Virus record (IMG/VR): IMGVR_UViG_3300044580_000079
Span: 1-39,515 of that record
Reading direction: 5' to 3' (one strand)
Length of the DNA stretch: 39,515 nucleotides
DNA from: a virus
Lineage: Duplodnaviria; Caudoviricetes
Below the pieces are notes generated by a model. The model was not told the DNA's origin. It searched no databases and saw only the letters and a list, made by a program, of their open reading frames with translations. A program made the translations under genes and the position numbers. Positions 8,218 through 15,502 of this stretch are shown here, piece by piece (the first letter of the stretch is position 1; each line of letters opens with the position of its first letter).

Positions 8218-10249
8218 ATTTCCATTCGTTAGACTTAAGATCAAATTTCCAACCCTCAGATAAGGTGTATCGCATTTTTCGATTGTTCGGATTCTTTTCC
8301 TTATCGACCCACGTTTTCCCCTTTACGATTTTGGCAACATTGAATACCTCACCTTCGATTTCGGAAGCATTAGAAAGCGCCACGTACAAGGACGCATAAT
8401 GTTGCGTTATGTCTCCCCCATATCCAAGGCTTCTTCCTGGGGGCTTTTGAATTGCCACAAATGCAACCCCCCGGTTTAATCGCTTGCAAATCTCACCGAT
8501 CACTAAACCAACCTGGAAAAATTCTCCGCCAAGATCGTACGAAATAAAGTCGATGATATTTATTGCGTCAGGTTCGACCAGGTTAAGGTTATTGCTTCTC
8601 CATTCCACAAAGTCAAGGTATCCTGCATCGTGTGCCTCCCGCCACCTTTCCAACAAACCCATTTGCTCAATCCTGACCCGCAGCATCTCTTCCCCCAACT
8701 CCGAAGAGAAATAAACAATGCGGGATGGGTTTTTTACTTCTAAATTTAGCTTGACAGCATTGAGCATGAAGGCGGTCTTTCCCGCATTAGACCCACCCGC
8801 AACGACAATCAAACCCTTAGGGTGAATTTTAACCAAACTGTTAAGGCCCATCGGCAACATCACCGGGTGATCCTGACTGACCGCATCAAAGGGGTTGAGA
8901 AGGTTTTTGGTTTTATCGACCTTAATATATGTCCCACCCTTATTCCCATAAGGCGCAATATCTCCACGATGAGCTATTCTATTGAGAATTCTTTTAACAT
9001 AATCTCTTTTAGCATTGGGGATTTTTTCACAAACTATTTCCCAAACATCCCTTACGGTAAAATACCCAGATTCATGGGATTCAAGAAATTTTTCTATTTC
9101 TAAGGTAATCCCAACATTCTTTTTTTGCAAAAACTTCAAAACAGCATCGACCTTGTTGAGGGCTTCATGCATTGGGAATGGTGGATTGCAGTTTTGAGCA
9201 AGAAGCAATGCTTCATGTTCCAATGCGCTCCGTGGCGCACCGGCACGGGCATAAAGCAAAAGCCGGTTAAAAATAGTATCGTCCCTCATGCCTTCAGGAA
9301 TTTGAATATCATCAGGATCAATTTCCTGTATTGAATTGTCCCCTTTGTCCCAGGTTGTCTTGTCTGTCCCTACCTGTCCCATCTGTCCCGCACTATCCCG
9401 TTTGTCTTGTTGAATCCCGATGGGACGTTGGGGAGGACAGGGTGCGGTGTCCCGATCGACAGCCTTTGTCCCGCCGGGACAAGTAGTGGGACATGCATTT
9501 TCTTCTTTATTTTCAATGGGTTGGACATTATTCGGGACACTTTTTTGTTCTTCCACGTTTGTACCCTCAAGCATATTATTTTTTTGCATATTTAAATTAA
9601 TATTATTATTTATTAAATTAGAAGTATTATTTTTTATTAAGTTAGTAGTATTATTTTTTAATAAGTTAGTAGTATTATTTTTTAATAAGTTAGAAGTATT
9701 ATTTAAAAAAGAATATTTATTATTTTTAATTAAATTAACCAATGCTTGAGGTAGGGGCGGTTCATCAAGGTTGTTTAAATCCCGCCCCTTCACCCATTTA
9801 TATGCCCTTCCGTCTTTTAGCATTGACGGCGGGGCAATTACATATCCCCCATTACCCCGGACATCGACATTTGGCAAAACATTTCTCGCATTACCAATGT
9901 CATCTGAATACATGAAATACAGGTGATACCCATTGTTCGGTGTAATTACAAGGGGAATATCCTGGGTGTCTCTTCCGCATATTTCTTTAACCCTTTTAAG
10001 GTCAGCACCGCTGTCAATATCCAACACAACAATGCCGGATACTTCCCCACAAACAATGCCAATTAATGCATTGTTGTAATGCATCCACCAATCCCTGATT
10101 TCCTCTTCGGTGGCAATGCGCTTCTGATATTCAGACCATTCGATTAAGGGTTTCTTTTGGTCTGGCCCTGCACCAACCGGAATGACCGAATATGCCAGTT
10201 CTACATACAACAATGCAGCCTTTAAATTATTCATCTCATTTACAAACAT
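8216..10249 (-). CDS. Bifunctional primase-polymerase (Prim-Pol) fused to RecA/DnaB-like helicase
   Basis: N-terminal SVIPV, KKPL, VVLDID, TPNNGYHLYF, DVRGNGGYVIAPPS; PriCT-like EGMRDD...NCNPP; Walker A GGSNAGKT, IIDFI. Confidence 0.92.
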   Translation of the reverse strand: MFVNEMNNLKAALLYVELAYSVIPVGAGPDQKKPLIEWSEYQKRIATEEEIRDWWMHYNNALIGIVCGEVSGIVVLDIDSGADLKRVKEICGRDTQDIPLVITPNNGYHLYFMYSDDIGNARNVLPNVDVRGNGGYVIAPPSMLKDGRAYKWVKGRDLNNLDEPPLPQALVNLIKNNKYSFLNNTSNLLKNNTTNLLKNNTTNLIKNNTSNLINNNINLNMQKNNMLEGTNVEEQKSVPNNVQPIENKEENACPTTCPGGTKAVDRDTAPCPPQRPIGIQQDKRDSAGQMGQVGTDKTTWDKGDNSIQEIDPDDIQIPEGMRDDTIFNRLLLYARAGAPRSALEHEALLLAQNCNPPFPMHEALNKVDAVLKFLQKKNVGITLEIEKFLESHESGYFTVRDVWEIVCEKIPNAKRDYVKRILNRIAHRGDIAPYGNKGGTYIKVDKTKNLLNPFDAVSQDHPVMLPMGLNSLVKIHPKGLIVVAGGSNAGKTAFMLNAVKLNLEVKNPSRIVYFSSELGEEMLRVRIEQMGLLERWREAHDAGYLDFVEWRSNNLNLVEPDAINIIDFISYDLGGEFFQVGLVIGEICKRLNRGVAFVAIQKPPGRSLGYGGDITQHYASLYVALSNASEIEGEVFNVAKIVKGKTWVDKEKNPNNRKMRYTLSEGWKFDLKSNEWK
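9337..9539. repeat. TGTCCC/GGGACA iteron cluster (candidate origin)
   Basis: TGTCCC at 9337, 9346, 9365, 9375, 9384, 9448, 9467; GGGACA at 9476, 9488, 9534. Confidence 0.8.
9618..9704. repeat. AT-rich 24-bp tandem repeat (~3.6 copies), candidate unwinding element
   Basis: TTAGWAGTATTATTTTTTAWTAAG units encoding NNT(S/T)NL(L/I)K repeats. Confidence 0.85.
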
Positions 10250-10475
10250 GCTTATTTCCTAACGGAAAGGGAAGCTGTCTTGGATCAATCACTTCGACCT
10301 CCTTGGGATCGGGAGCATCTTCCAGGGGACAGAAATAAGCAATGCGTTCATTTATGTTGTCATCAGTTAAATACCTTTTGACGTACATGCGCCAGGAATT
10401 GAACCAATACTGCCCCCGCAGGAAATATGGACACTCTTCACAAAAGCCAACCCTAATCATTTTCTGCTTAGTCAT
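10236..10475 (-). CDS. Cys-rich hypothetical protein
   Basis: CEECPY...FCPLED. Confidence 0.65.
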   Translation of the reverse strand: MTKQKMIRVGFCEECPYFLRGQYWFNSWRMYVKRYLTDDNINERIAYFCPLEDAPDPKEVEVIDPRQLPFPLGNKHVCK

Positions 10476-10713
10476 TTTGTTTTATCCTTTCATATTGTTG
10501 AACCCAAATATTGTCTTTTTCTATCAATCCAATGCTTTTTGGATCAACGCACTTAAAGCCCTTGCGATGCATTTCGAAGCCATGAATACCACCAAATGTT
10601 TTGTGACATCCCGTACAATGCGCTCTCGCTAAACCAGACCATATGGAACCGCAGATTCTACAAGAATGCTTTGTCATTTTTATTCTCCTTATGATGGGAA
10701 GCCCTTTTTTCAA
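10468..10713 (-). CDS. Phage FDXHR-type zinc-binding protein
   Basis: CRIC...HCTGCHKTFGGIHGFEMHR...CVDP; true start possibly MTKHS. Confidence 0.7.
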   Translation of the reverse strand: MKKGLPIIRRIKMTKHSCRICGSIWSGLARAHCTGCHKTFGGIHGFEMHRKGFKCVDPKSIGLIEKDNIWVQQYERIKQND

Positions 10714-10866
10714 GCGATCTCATTTTGGTAATGGTTTGATAAGGGGTATAAAGTTTTACCCTTTTGCCATCAAAACCAGTTTCAAAAAACCCAATAAAAT
10801 CAAGGGGCAAATTTTCCTGTTTTTAGGACTTTTGGATAGTCCGTGACCTACTTTTTGGTTTTTGGC

Positions 10867-11049
10867 TCATTCTTCGGGAACGGTGAGCCACATGCCATTT
10901 ACATATCGCTTCAATTGCAGCCTATAAACCCCCCCCTTGCGGTTTTCAATAGCAACCCATTCAAATACACCACCGCATTGTGGGCATTTCACGGTAAACT
11001 TTCCCTTTGGGAGTAGGTATTTTTTGCAATCAGGGCATTTGAAGTGCAT
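10867..11049 (-). CDS. Zinc-ribbon protein
   Basis: CPDC...CPQC; AGGAGG RBS. Confidence 0.65.
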   Translation of the reverse strand: MHFKCPDCKKYLLPKGKFTVKCPQCGGVFEWVAIENRKGGVYRLQLKRYVNGMWLTVPEE

Positions 11050-11286
11050 TTAGTTCCTCCTGTTTTCATAATATGCTTTCAAGCTCAACATTCGTTCGGT
11101 ATCTATTCCACCACGTAGCCAACCACGAACACGCATTGGTTTGCCGGTCACTTCTTGCAAAAACTTGTCACACTTTTGGCATATCTCACGTTCATCTTGG
11201 GGCCAGCAAACATACTTTCTGACCCTGTTTGGGTTCTTTCTAAATCTCTTGGGAGTATTCCAGAAACCAATCGTTTCACTTACCAT
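11050..11286 (-). CDS. Hypothetical protein
   Basis: AGGAG RBS, in operon. Confidence 0.6.
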   Translation of the reverse strand: MVSETIGFWNTPKRFRKNPNRVRKYVCWPQDEREICQKCDKFLQEVTGKPMRVRGWLRGGIDTERMLSLKAYYENRRN

Positions 11287-11620
11287 GATGTTTTCTCCTT
11301 TTAGGTAAATATTTTTCGGAAAATTCTTTCAAGCAGACATCGCAATACCTACTGTTTTTACCGAAAATTTCTATGCCACAAATCATACAATGGCAATGTC
11401 TTGCGCCCATTCCCTGCTTGTTATTAAGCCCGGTAAGAGGGCTTCGATAAATTGGTTTGGTATCGGGAATGATGTCAAGTTTTTTGGGATTGTAAAATAC
11501 AAGCACCCGCTCCGATCCCCTGCAATCCTTGAGGCATCTCCACCTACGTTCTTCCCATTTCCCCTCATTGGTCTGCTCAAAAAGCATTGCCGATCCGCAT
11601 ACCGAACATTTAGGGTTCAT
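11276..11620 (-). CDS. Zinc-finger hypothetical protein
   Basis: CSVC, CMIC...CDVC; AGGAGG RBS. Confidence 0.65.
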   Translation of the reverse strand: MNPKCSVCGSAMLFEQTNEGKWEERRWRCLKDCRGSERVLVFYNPKKLDIIPDTKPIYRSPLTGLNNKQGMGARHCHCMICGIEIFGKNSRYCDVCLKEFSEKYLPKRRKHHGK

Positions 11621-11795
11621 TTATCCTCCTTATGGGCTTTGTTTTTAATAGGTATCGTATGGCCCGCCTTGCTCCCCTTGTCAGGGATTTGAATCTTTGT
11701 AATTGGGTAATGACGTAATGTTCGCCACGTGTTACTTTAACTGTGACTTCTGGTTCATATAGAATATGGTGGATTTGAAAAATTGTTTTCTTCAT
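11610..11795 (-). CDS. Small HNH-like protein (degenerate)
   Basis: IHHILY...VTRGEH resembles the HNH core. Confidence 0.45.
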   Translation of the reverse strand: MKKTIFQIHHILYEPEVTVKVTRGEHYVITQLQRFKSLTRGARRAIRYLLKTKPIRRINEP

Positions 11796-11802
11796 TGTCC
11801 TC

Positions 11803-11934
11803 TTAATCTCCCAAGCATTTGGCTTTTCCGTATGGTATATTCAGCATCTTTGCTAAATACTTCACGTACTTTTCGCACTTTCCGTTTTTAATTTGACGAT
11901 ACCCCTTGTTGTTGTGATGTCTCCTGGTTTTCAT
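11803..11934 (-). CDS. Small basic protein (not in ORF track)
   Basis: GAGG RBS; MKTRRHHNNKGYRQIK..., 43 aa filling the operon gap. Confidence 0.55.
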   Translation of the reverse strand: MKTRRHHNNKGYRQIKNGKCEKYVKYLAKMLNIPYGKAKCLGD

Positions 11935-11944
11935 GCTGCGCCTC

Positions 11945-12163
11945 TTATTTTCCTCTGGCCTTCCGTTTGGAGGCTTTCAGGGGGTTTATTTCTTTTTCCT
12001 TGACTTCCTTAACGATGTTCACGTTAGGCGCAAGAGGACAGTATCCAAAATGCCATTGCATTTCGGGGTATAAATAGGCCCGGCAAATTTTTCCAGTTAC
12101 AAACTTACAACCATAACACTTTTCACCGATGTTGCTATCAGGTTCAAAATCAACGTTTTTCAT
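11945..12163 (-). CDS. Cys-rich hypothetical protein
   Basis: CYGC..C..CPLA and C-terminal NPLKASKR. Confidence 0.65.
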   Translation of the reverse strand: MKNVDFEPDSNIGEKCYGCKFVTGKICRAYLYPEMQWHFGYCPLAPNVNIVKEVKEKEINPLKASKRKARGK

Positions 12164-12326
12164 TTTGTTTCTCCTTTTTATGTTTTTTGGGTGTTAAGCG
12201 GTGCAGCGCACCATGTTCATCGGCAATGTATTTCGTTCCATCCCGCATCACGTAAATACGTCCGGGGCGTATGGTTGCATTGGGGTGAACAATATTGATT
12301 TCCGGCTTGATAATCAGGTCATTCAT
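12150..12326 (-). CDS. Small hypothetical protein (not in ORF track)
   Basis: AAGGAGG RBS; MNDLIIKPEI..., 58 aa. Confidence 0.55.
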   Translation of the reverse strand: MNDLIIKPEINIVHPNATIRPGRIYVMRDGTKYIADEHGALHRLTPKKHKKEKQNEKR

Positions 12327-12395
12327 TGATCCTCCTTATTTCCGCTGTCCTGAGCGGATATGTTGGGTCATTGGGGAAAAAGATTTCCCCGATCA

Positions 12396-13007
12396 TCATA
12401 AAGGGGCTTTAGCCTCCTCCGGCAAAGGATTGACGACCGGGCAGTGCTTCCGATAGAAGCACTTTAAACAAAACTTCTTGACAACCTTTTTTCCTTTCAT
12501 GGATTTGTGCGGGCCTTCGCAGATGCGAGTTTCATTGTCGTCACTATTTTTTTCCTTCGGTTCTACCGTTGGTTTTGAGGTAGTTTCAATCGGTTCCTTT
12601 TTTACGGGTTCCTGGGAATCCGCATCTTTGGTATCATCAATGAGTAATAGCCCATTAAGGGCATATTTCCTGGCATAAGAAGAGGCTGCACCTGTAACCT
12701 GAGCATCATCCATTCCTTTTTTGCTGTCCGCTTCACGGGCAAAAGCAACTCCGGTTATGCTTTGGATTCCATCCGTAAATTCAGCCGTTACCTTGACATA
12801 GAACCGATTCCCAATCGGAACGATTTCATCGTAAAGCCTAAGCGTATAGCCTTCAGGGATCAGGGGCTTGACAGCCTCTAAAATATCTTCACAGTTCCGG
12901 TAGCTGTATTTTCCGAATTCGTTATACTGATTTTTAGGGGCTTTCAGCTTCTTTTGAATTTCGCTCAACGCCTTAATCAAAAAATGTTTTCCTTGCATTT
13001 CATCCAT
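12396..13007 (-). CDS. erf: ERF-family single-strand annealing protein
   Basis: LKAPKNQYN..YSYRNCEDILEAVKP; Q.TGAASSYARKYALNGL..IDD.KDAD. Confidence 0.92.
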   Translation of the reverse strand: MDEMQGKHFLIKALSEIQKKLKAPKNQYNEFGKYSYRNCEDILEAVKPLIPEGYTLRLYDEIVPIGNRFYVKVTAEFTDGIQSITGVAFAREADSKKGMDDAQVTGAASSYARKYALNGLLLIDDTKDADSQEPVKKEPIETTSKPTVEPKEKNSDDNETRICEGPHKSMKGKKVVKKFCLKCFYRKHCPVVNPLPEEAKAPL

Positions 13008-13311
13008 TTTGTTCCTCCTTGGGAGTGAGTTTTATGTTTTGGGGACAAGTACGCAATTCCAGTTTGAGATGATTTAGAATTAACTGGACTGCCTTTCTGA
13101 TTTCAACTTCTTCGGTGTAAAAAACATCATTGACGGCATCATATGGGTTCTGTGTTGAAATGCTCGCAATTTGTGTTCTGTAAAGCATCTTTCGGCGAAG
13201 CTCATGTAGATCGCCTTCCAGACGATTGATTTTTTTGCTCAGTTCATACAGGTTGTTGTTTAGGTCATTCATTTGTTCTATGATTTTTTTAAATTTTTTA
13301 CTTGTAAACAT
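13000..13311 (-). CDS. Coiled-coil hypothetical protein
   Basis: Heptad pattern, in operon. Confidence 0.6.
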   Translation of the reverse strand: MFTSKKFKKIIEQMNDLNNNLYELSKKINRLEGDLHELRRKMLYRTQIASISTQNPYDAVNDVFYTEEVEIRKAVQLILNHLKLELRTCPQNIKLTPKEEQNG

Positions 13312-13537
13312 TTTCTTTCTCCTGTTCTTCCGGTTCGGGGTCTTGGGAATTTATGCGAAGCAGTTGGTCGGGGATTTCCAATGAAACTAAAAATGGCCCC
13401 TTCGTTATTCTTTTGTGTTTGTGCCCACTACGTTTATGGGCAAGGTTTGCAAGCTCCTTTGTTGGGTAAATAAAAACAGATTGGTTAAACGTGAAATTTA
13501 CCTCATCATAGATATTGGCCCATCCCTCGATTTTCAT
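13298..13537 (-). CDS. Hypothetical protein
   Basis: ATGA-coupled; GWANIY. Confidence 0.6.
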   Translation of the reverse strand: MKIEGWANIYDEVNFTFNQSVFIYPTKELANLAHKRSGHKHKRITKGPFLVSLEIPDQLLRINSQDPEPEEQEKENVYK

Positions 13538-14424
13538 GCTGCTTCTCCTTCCTCTTCTTCTTCAGAGAAGATTTGATTTTTGTATGGATTAAGATCGCAG
13601 AAATTTCTGACTACACAGAAATCCTTGCAGCGTGTAAATTCTCCGGGTCTTTCTTCGATTTCGACCTTAGACAAATCAATTTTGTTTTTCTTGCAATAGC
13701 CGGAGGCAAACTCTTCCGCTTCCTTGAGGGTCGATTTAACCCCGCCAATGAGGGCACGTTTTGCACCCTTCTTCTTCACCGCATACGTTGTTTCCCTTCT
13801 CCAACGATCTGCATCCGTGCAAGGATCGCTTGGATGCATTTTATGTAAGCGCACCCGGTCGATGACATAACGGGCAGCTTCCTCTTCGCTCCAAACTGGT
13901 ACATTGATTTGCTGAAATGGAATCTTCGGATAATTGAATTCACGGAGGGCTTTTGATCTTACCCAATCTCTCAGGATGGCATTTACTTGCAGCTTGTTTA
14001 CCTGGAAGCCAATATGCCGATAAAGAAAGGCATAGGTATTCAGTTGACGTTCCCACTCAACATGAGGCCCAAGAAGGAAGGAGAAAGCAGAAACGACCTT
14101 ATAATCCGCAACGGTCTTATTCCAATAAAGGTCAGCACGTCCCGCAATCGTGATCCCCAGGATTTCCGCTTGCAGTCTTTCTTCCGCAAGGAAGTCTCCC
14201 CTGGTATGTTGCTCTAAGACGTAGTGTAATCCCTGTCCAAGCAATGCCCAAAGACGATCAGATGCATCTTCCTCAAGTTCATCCCAATAAAGCTTTGTCA
14301 GATGACGGATCAGGGGTGGGCCTATAAGATGACTTACCGAAATGCGTCCATCTACCGGGGGATAGACACGGGACACGGCACGATGAATGGGTTCGGGCAG
14401 ATTAAAATTGTTAGTAATTTTCAT
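13534..14424 (-). CDS. PD-(D/E)XK / Cas4-like exonuclease
   Basis: G..LH..LE, EERL, GRADL, DYK, QLNTY; C-terminal RCKDFC.V..FC cluster. Confidence 0.85.
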   Translation of the reverse strand: MKITNNFNLPEPIHRAVSRVYPPVDGRISVSHLIGPPLIRHLTKLYWDELEEDASDRLWALLGQGLHYVLEQHTRGDFLAEERLQAEILGITIAGRADLYWNKTVADYKVVSAFSFLLGPHVEWERQLNTYAFLYRHIGFQVNKLQVNAILRDWVRSKALREFNYPKIPFQQINVPVWSEEEAARYVIDRVRLHKMHPSDPCTDADRWRRETTYAVKKKGAKRALIGGVKSTLKEAEEFASGYCKKNKIDLSKVEIEERPGEFTRCKDFCVVRNFCDLNPYKNQIFSEEEEEGEAA

Positions 14425-14663
14425 AAGTTATCCTCCTTGATTTGATTTTGTGGATTTTTCTTATATTTTTTAGAAAAACCCCTTGACAAATTCTTGCGTA
14501 TATGATACTTTTGCGGTGAATTGAACATGAGGTTTAGTGGTTTGGTATTTCCATTTAGTGCAGCAGCAAGGGCTTCGTTCATTCCCCTTTCTGCCTTTGG
14601 AGGTTCGGCAATTCCCAATATGATTTCGATTCTCTTAACTCGTTCTTCAATGGTCATGGACAA
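14421..14663 (-). CDS. Hypothetical protein, first gene of leftward lytic operon
   Basis: Downstream of consensus promoter; no clear HTH. Confidence 0.5.
   Translation of the reverse strand: MSMTIEERVKRIEIILGIAEPPKAERGMNEALAAALNGNTKPLNLMFNSPQKYHIRKNLSRGFSKKYKKNPQNQIKEDNL
14479..14511 (+). promoter_or_regulatory. Rightward promoter toward repressor, antisense to 14421..14663
   Basis: CCCC-TTGACA-N17-TACTTT with TGn. Confidence 0.55.
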
Positions 14664-14703
14664 ATCTCGATTTGCTGAATTTCAATTTCACCATCTGATT
14701 AAG

Positions 14704-14740
14704 ATTATATAGCTGCCCCGGATAATTGTCAAGGGGGGGG
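14704..14740 (-). promoter_or_regulatory. Perfect-consensus sigma70 promoter for recombination/replication operon
   Basis: C8-TTGACA-N17-TATAAT. Confidence 0.9.
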
Positions 14741-14814
14741 TAGGGTTTTACTGAACCATCAAAATAAAAAAGGGAGGAGGGGGGCAATGACAAGCAAAAA
14801 AAACAACGTTTAGC

Positions 14815-15450
14815 GTGGATTTCAATGATGCAGTCAAATGGATGTCGCAGTATTGCGCATTCGACAAAAAGAAATCGGGGGAGTTCGTTCAAACGGACAT
14901 CGCAAAAGAATTGGGTGTTACAAAAGGAGCCATCAACGATTTCAAGAACCGGGGTGTCCCAAGCGGAATGTTGATGCGTTTCTCAAAAGATAAAAAAGCA
15001 TCGCTTGATAAATTACTCTTTGGAAAATGCCTTGATGAACCGATAAGAAATAATGATACCGTGGTTTCCCTTCAGTATTACCAGGACGAAAACAAAAAGG
15101 AGGAAAACTTAATGGTCTTACAGGTTCATGTAATTCGCAGTTGGATTACATCAAGCTTTAAAAACCTTGCCGGGATGAAAGCAATGGTCATGGAAGCGAA
15201 CAACATGCAAAACACGCTTCCAAAGGATTCCCTGATGATTATTGATACGAACGAAACAAGCGTTATAGATTCCGGCTTTTATGCCCTCAAAATGGGAAGC
15301 AAACTGTTAGTACGCAAATACGTCAGCCGGACAGATGGTAGCGCAGAGGAAATGCAAGAAACCCCACCTGATAGCGTCAGGCTGTCCAGGGAAGAGGTTT
15401 CAAGGCTGCCCATTTATGGAAGGGTGGTAAAAGTTCTTCGTGATGTTTAA
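14815..15450 (+). CDS. CI-like repressor (HTH plus degenerate S24 peptidase domain)
   Basis: QTDIAKELGVTKGAINDFKNRG HTH; C-terminal S24 fold (IIDT, GFYAL, IYGRVV); divergent from lytic promoter, upstream of integrase. Confidence 0.85.
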   Translation: MDFNDAVKWMSQYCAFDKKKSGEFVQTDIAKELGVTKGAINDFKNRGVPSGMLMRFSKDKKASLDKLLFGKCLDEPIRNNDTVVSLQYYQDENKKEENLMVLQVHVIRSWITSSFKNLAGMKAMVMEANNMQNTLPKDSLMIIDTNETSVIDSGFYALKMGSKLLVRKYVSRTDGSAEEMQETPPDSVRLSREEVSRLPIYGRVVKVLRDV

Positions 15451-15451
15451 C

Positions 15452-15480
15452 TTGACAAAAAAATAAAGTTGTGCTATATT
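15452..15480 (+). promoter_or_regulatory. Integrase promoter
   Basis: TTGACA-N17-TATATT with TGn; AGGAG RBS downstream. Confidence 0.75.
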
Positions 15481-15502
15481 ATAAAAAAAGGAGGGATCAA
15501 AA

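Noticed and set aside
9618-9704. CRISPR-like array
   Set aside because: Repeats are contiguous with no spacers and lie in frame within a gene
13534-14424. CRISPR-Cas system suggested by Cas4-like protein
   Set aside because: No array or other cas genes; its position near erf fits a recombination exonuclease
14733-14784. G-quadruplex in the immunity region
   Set aside because: G-runs are explained by the CCCC-TTGACA promoter signature and the RBS; the intervening loop is long
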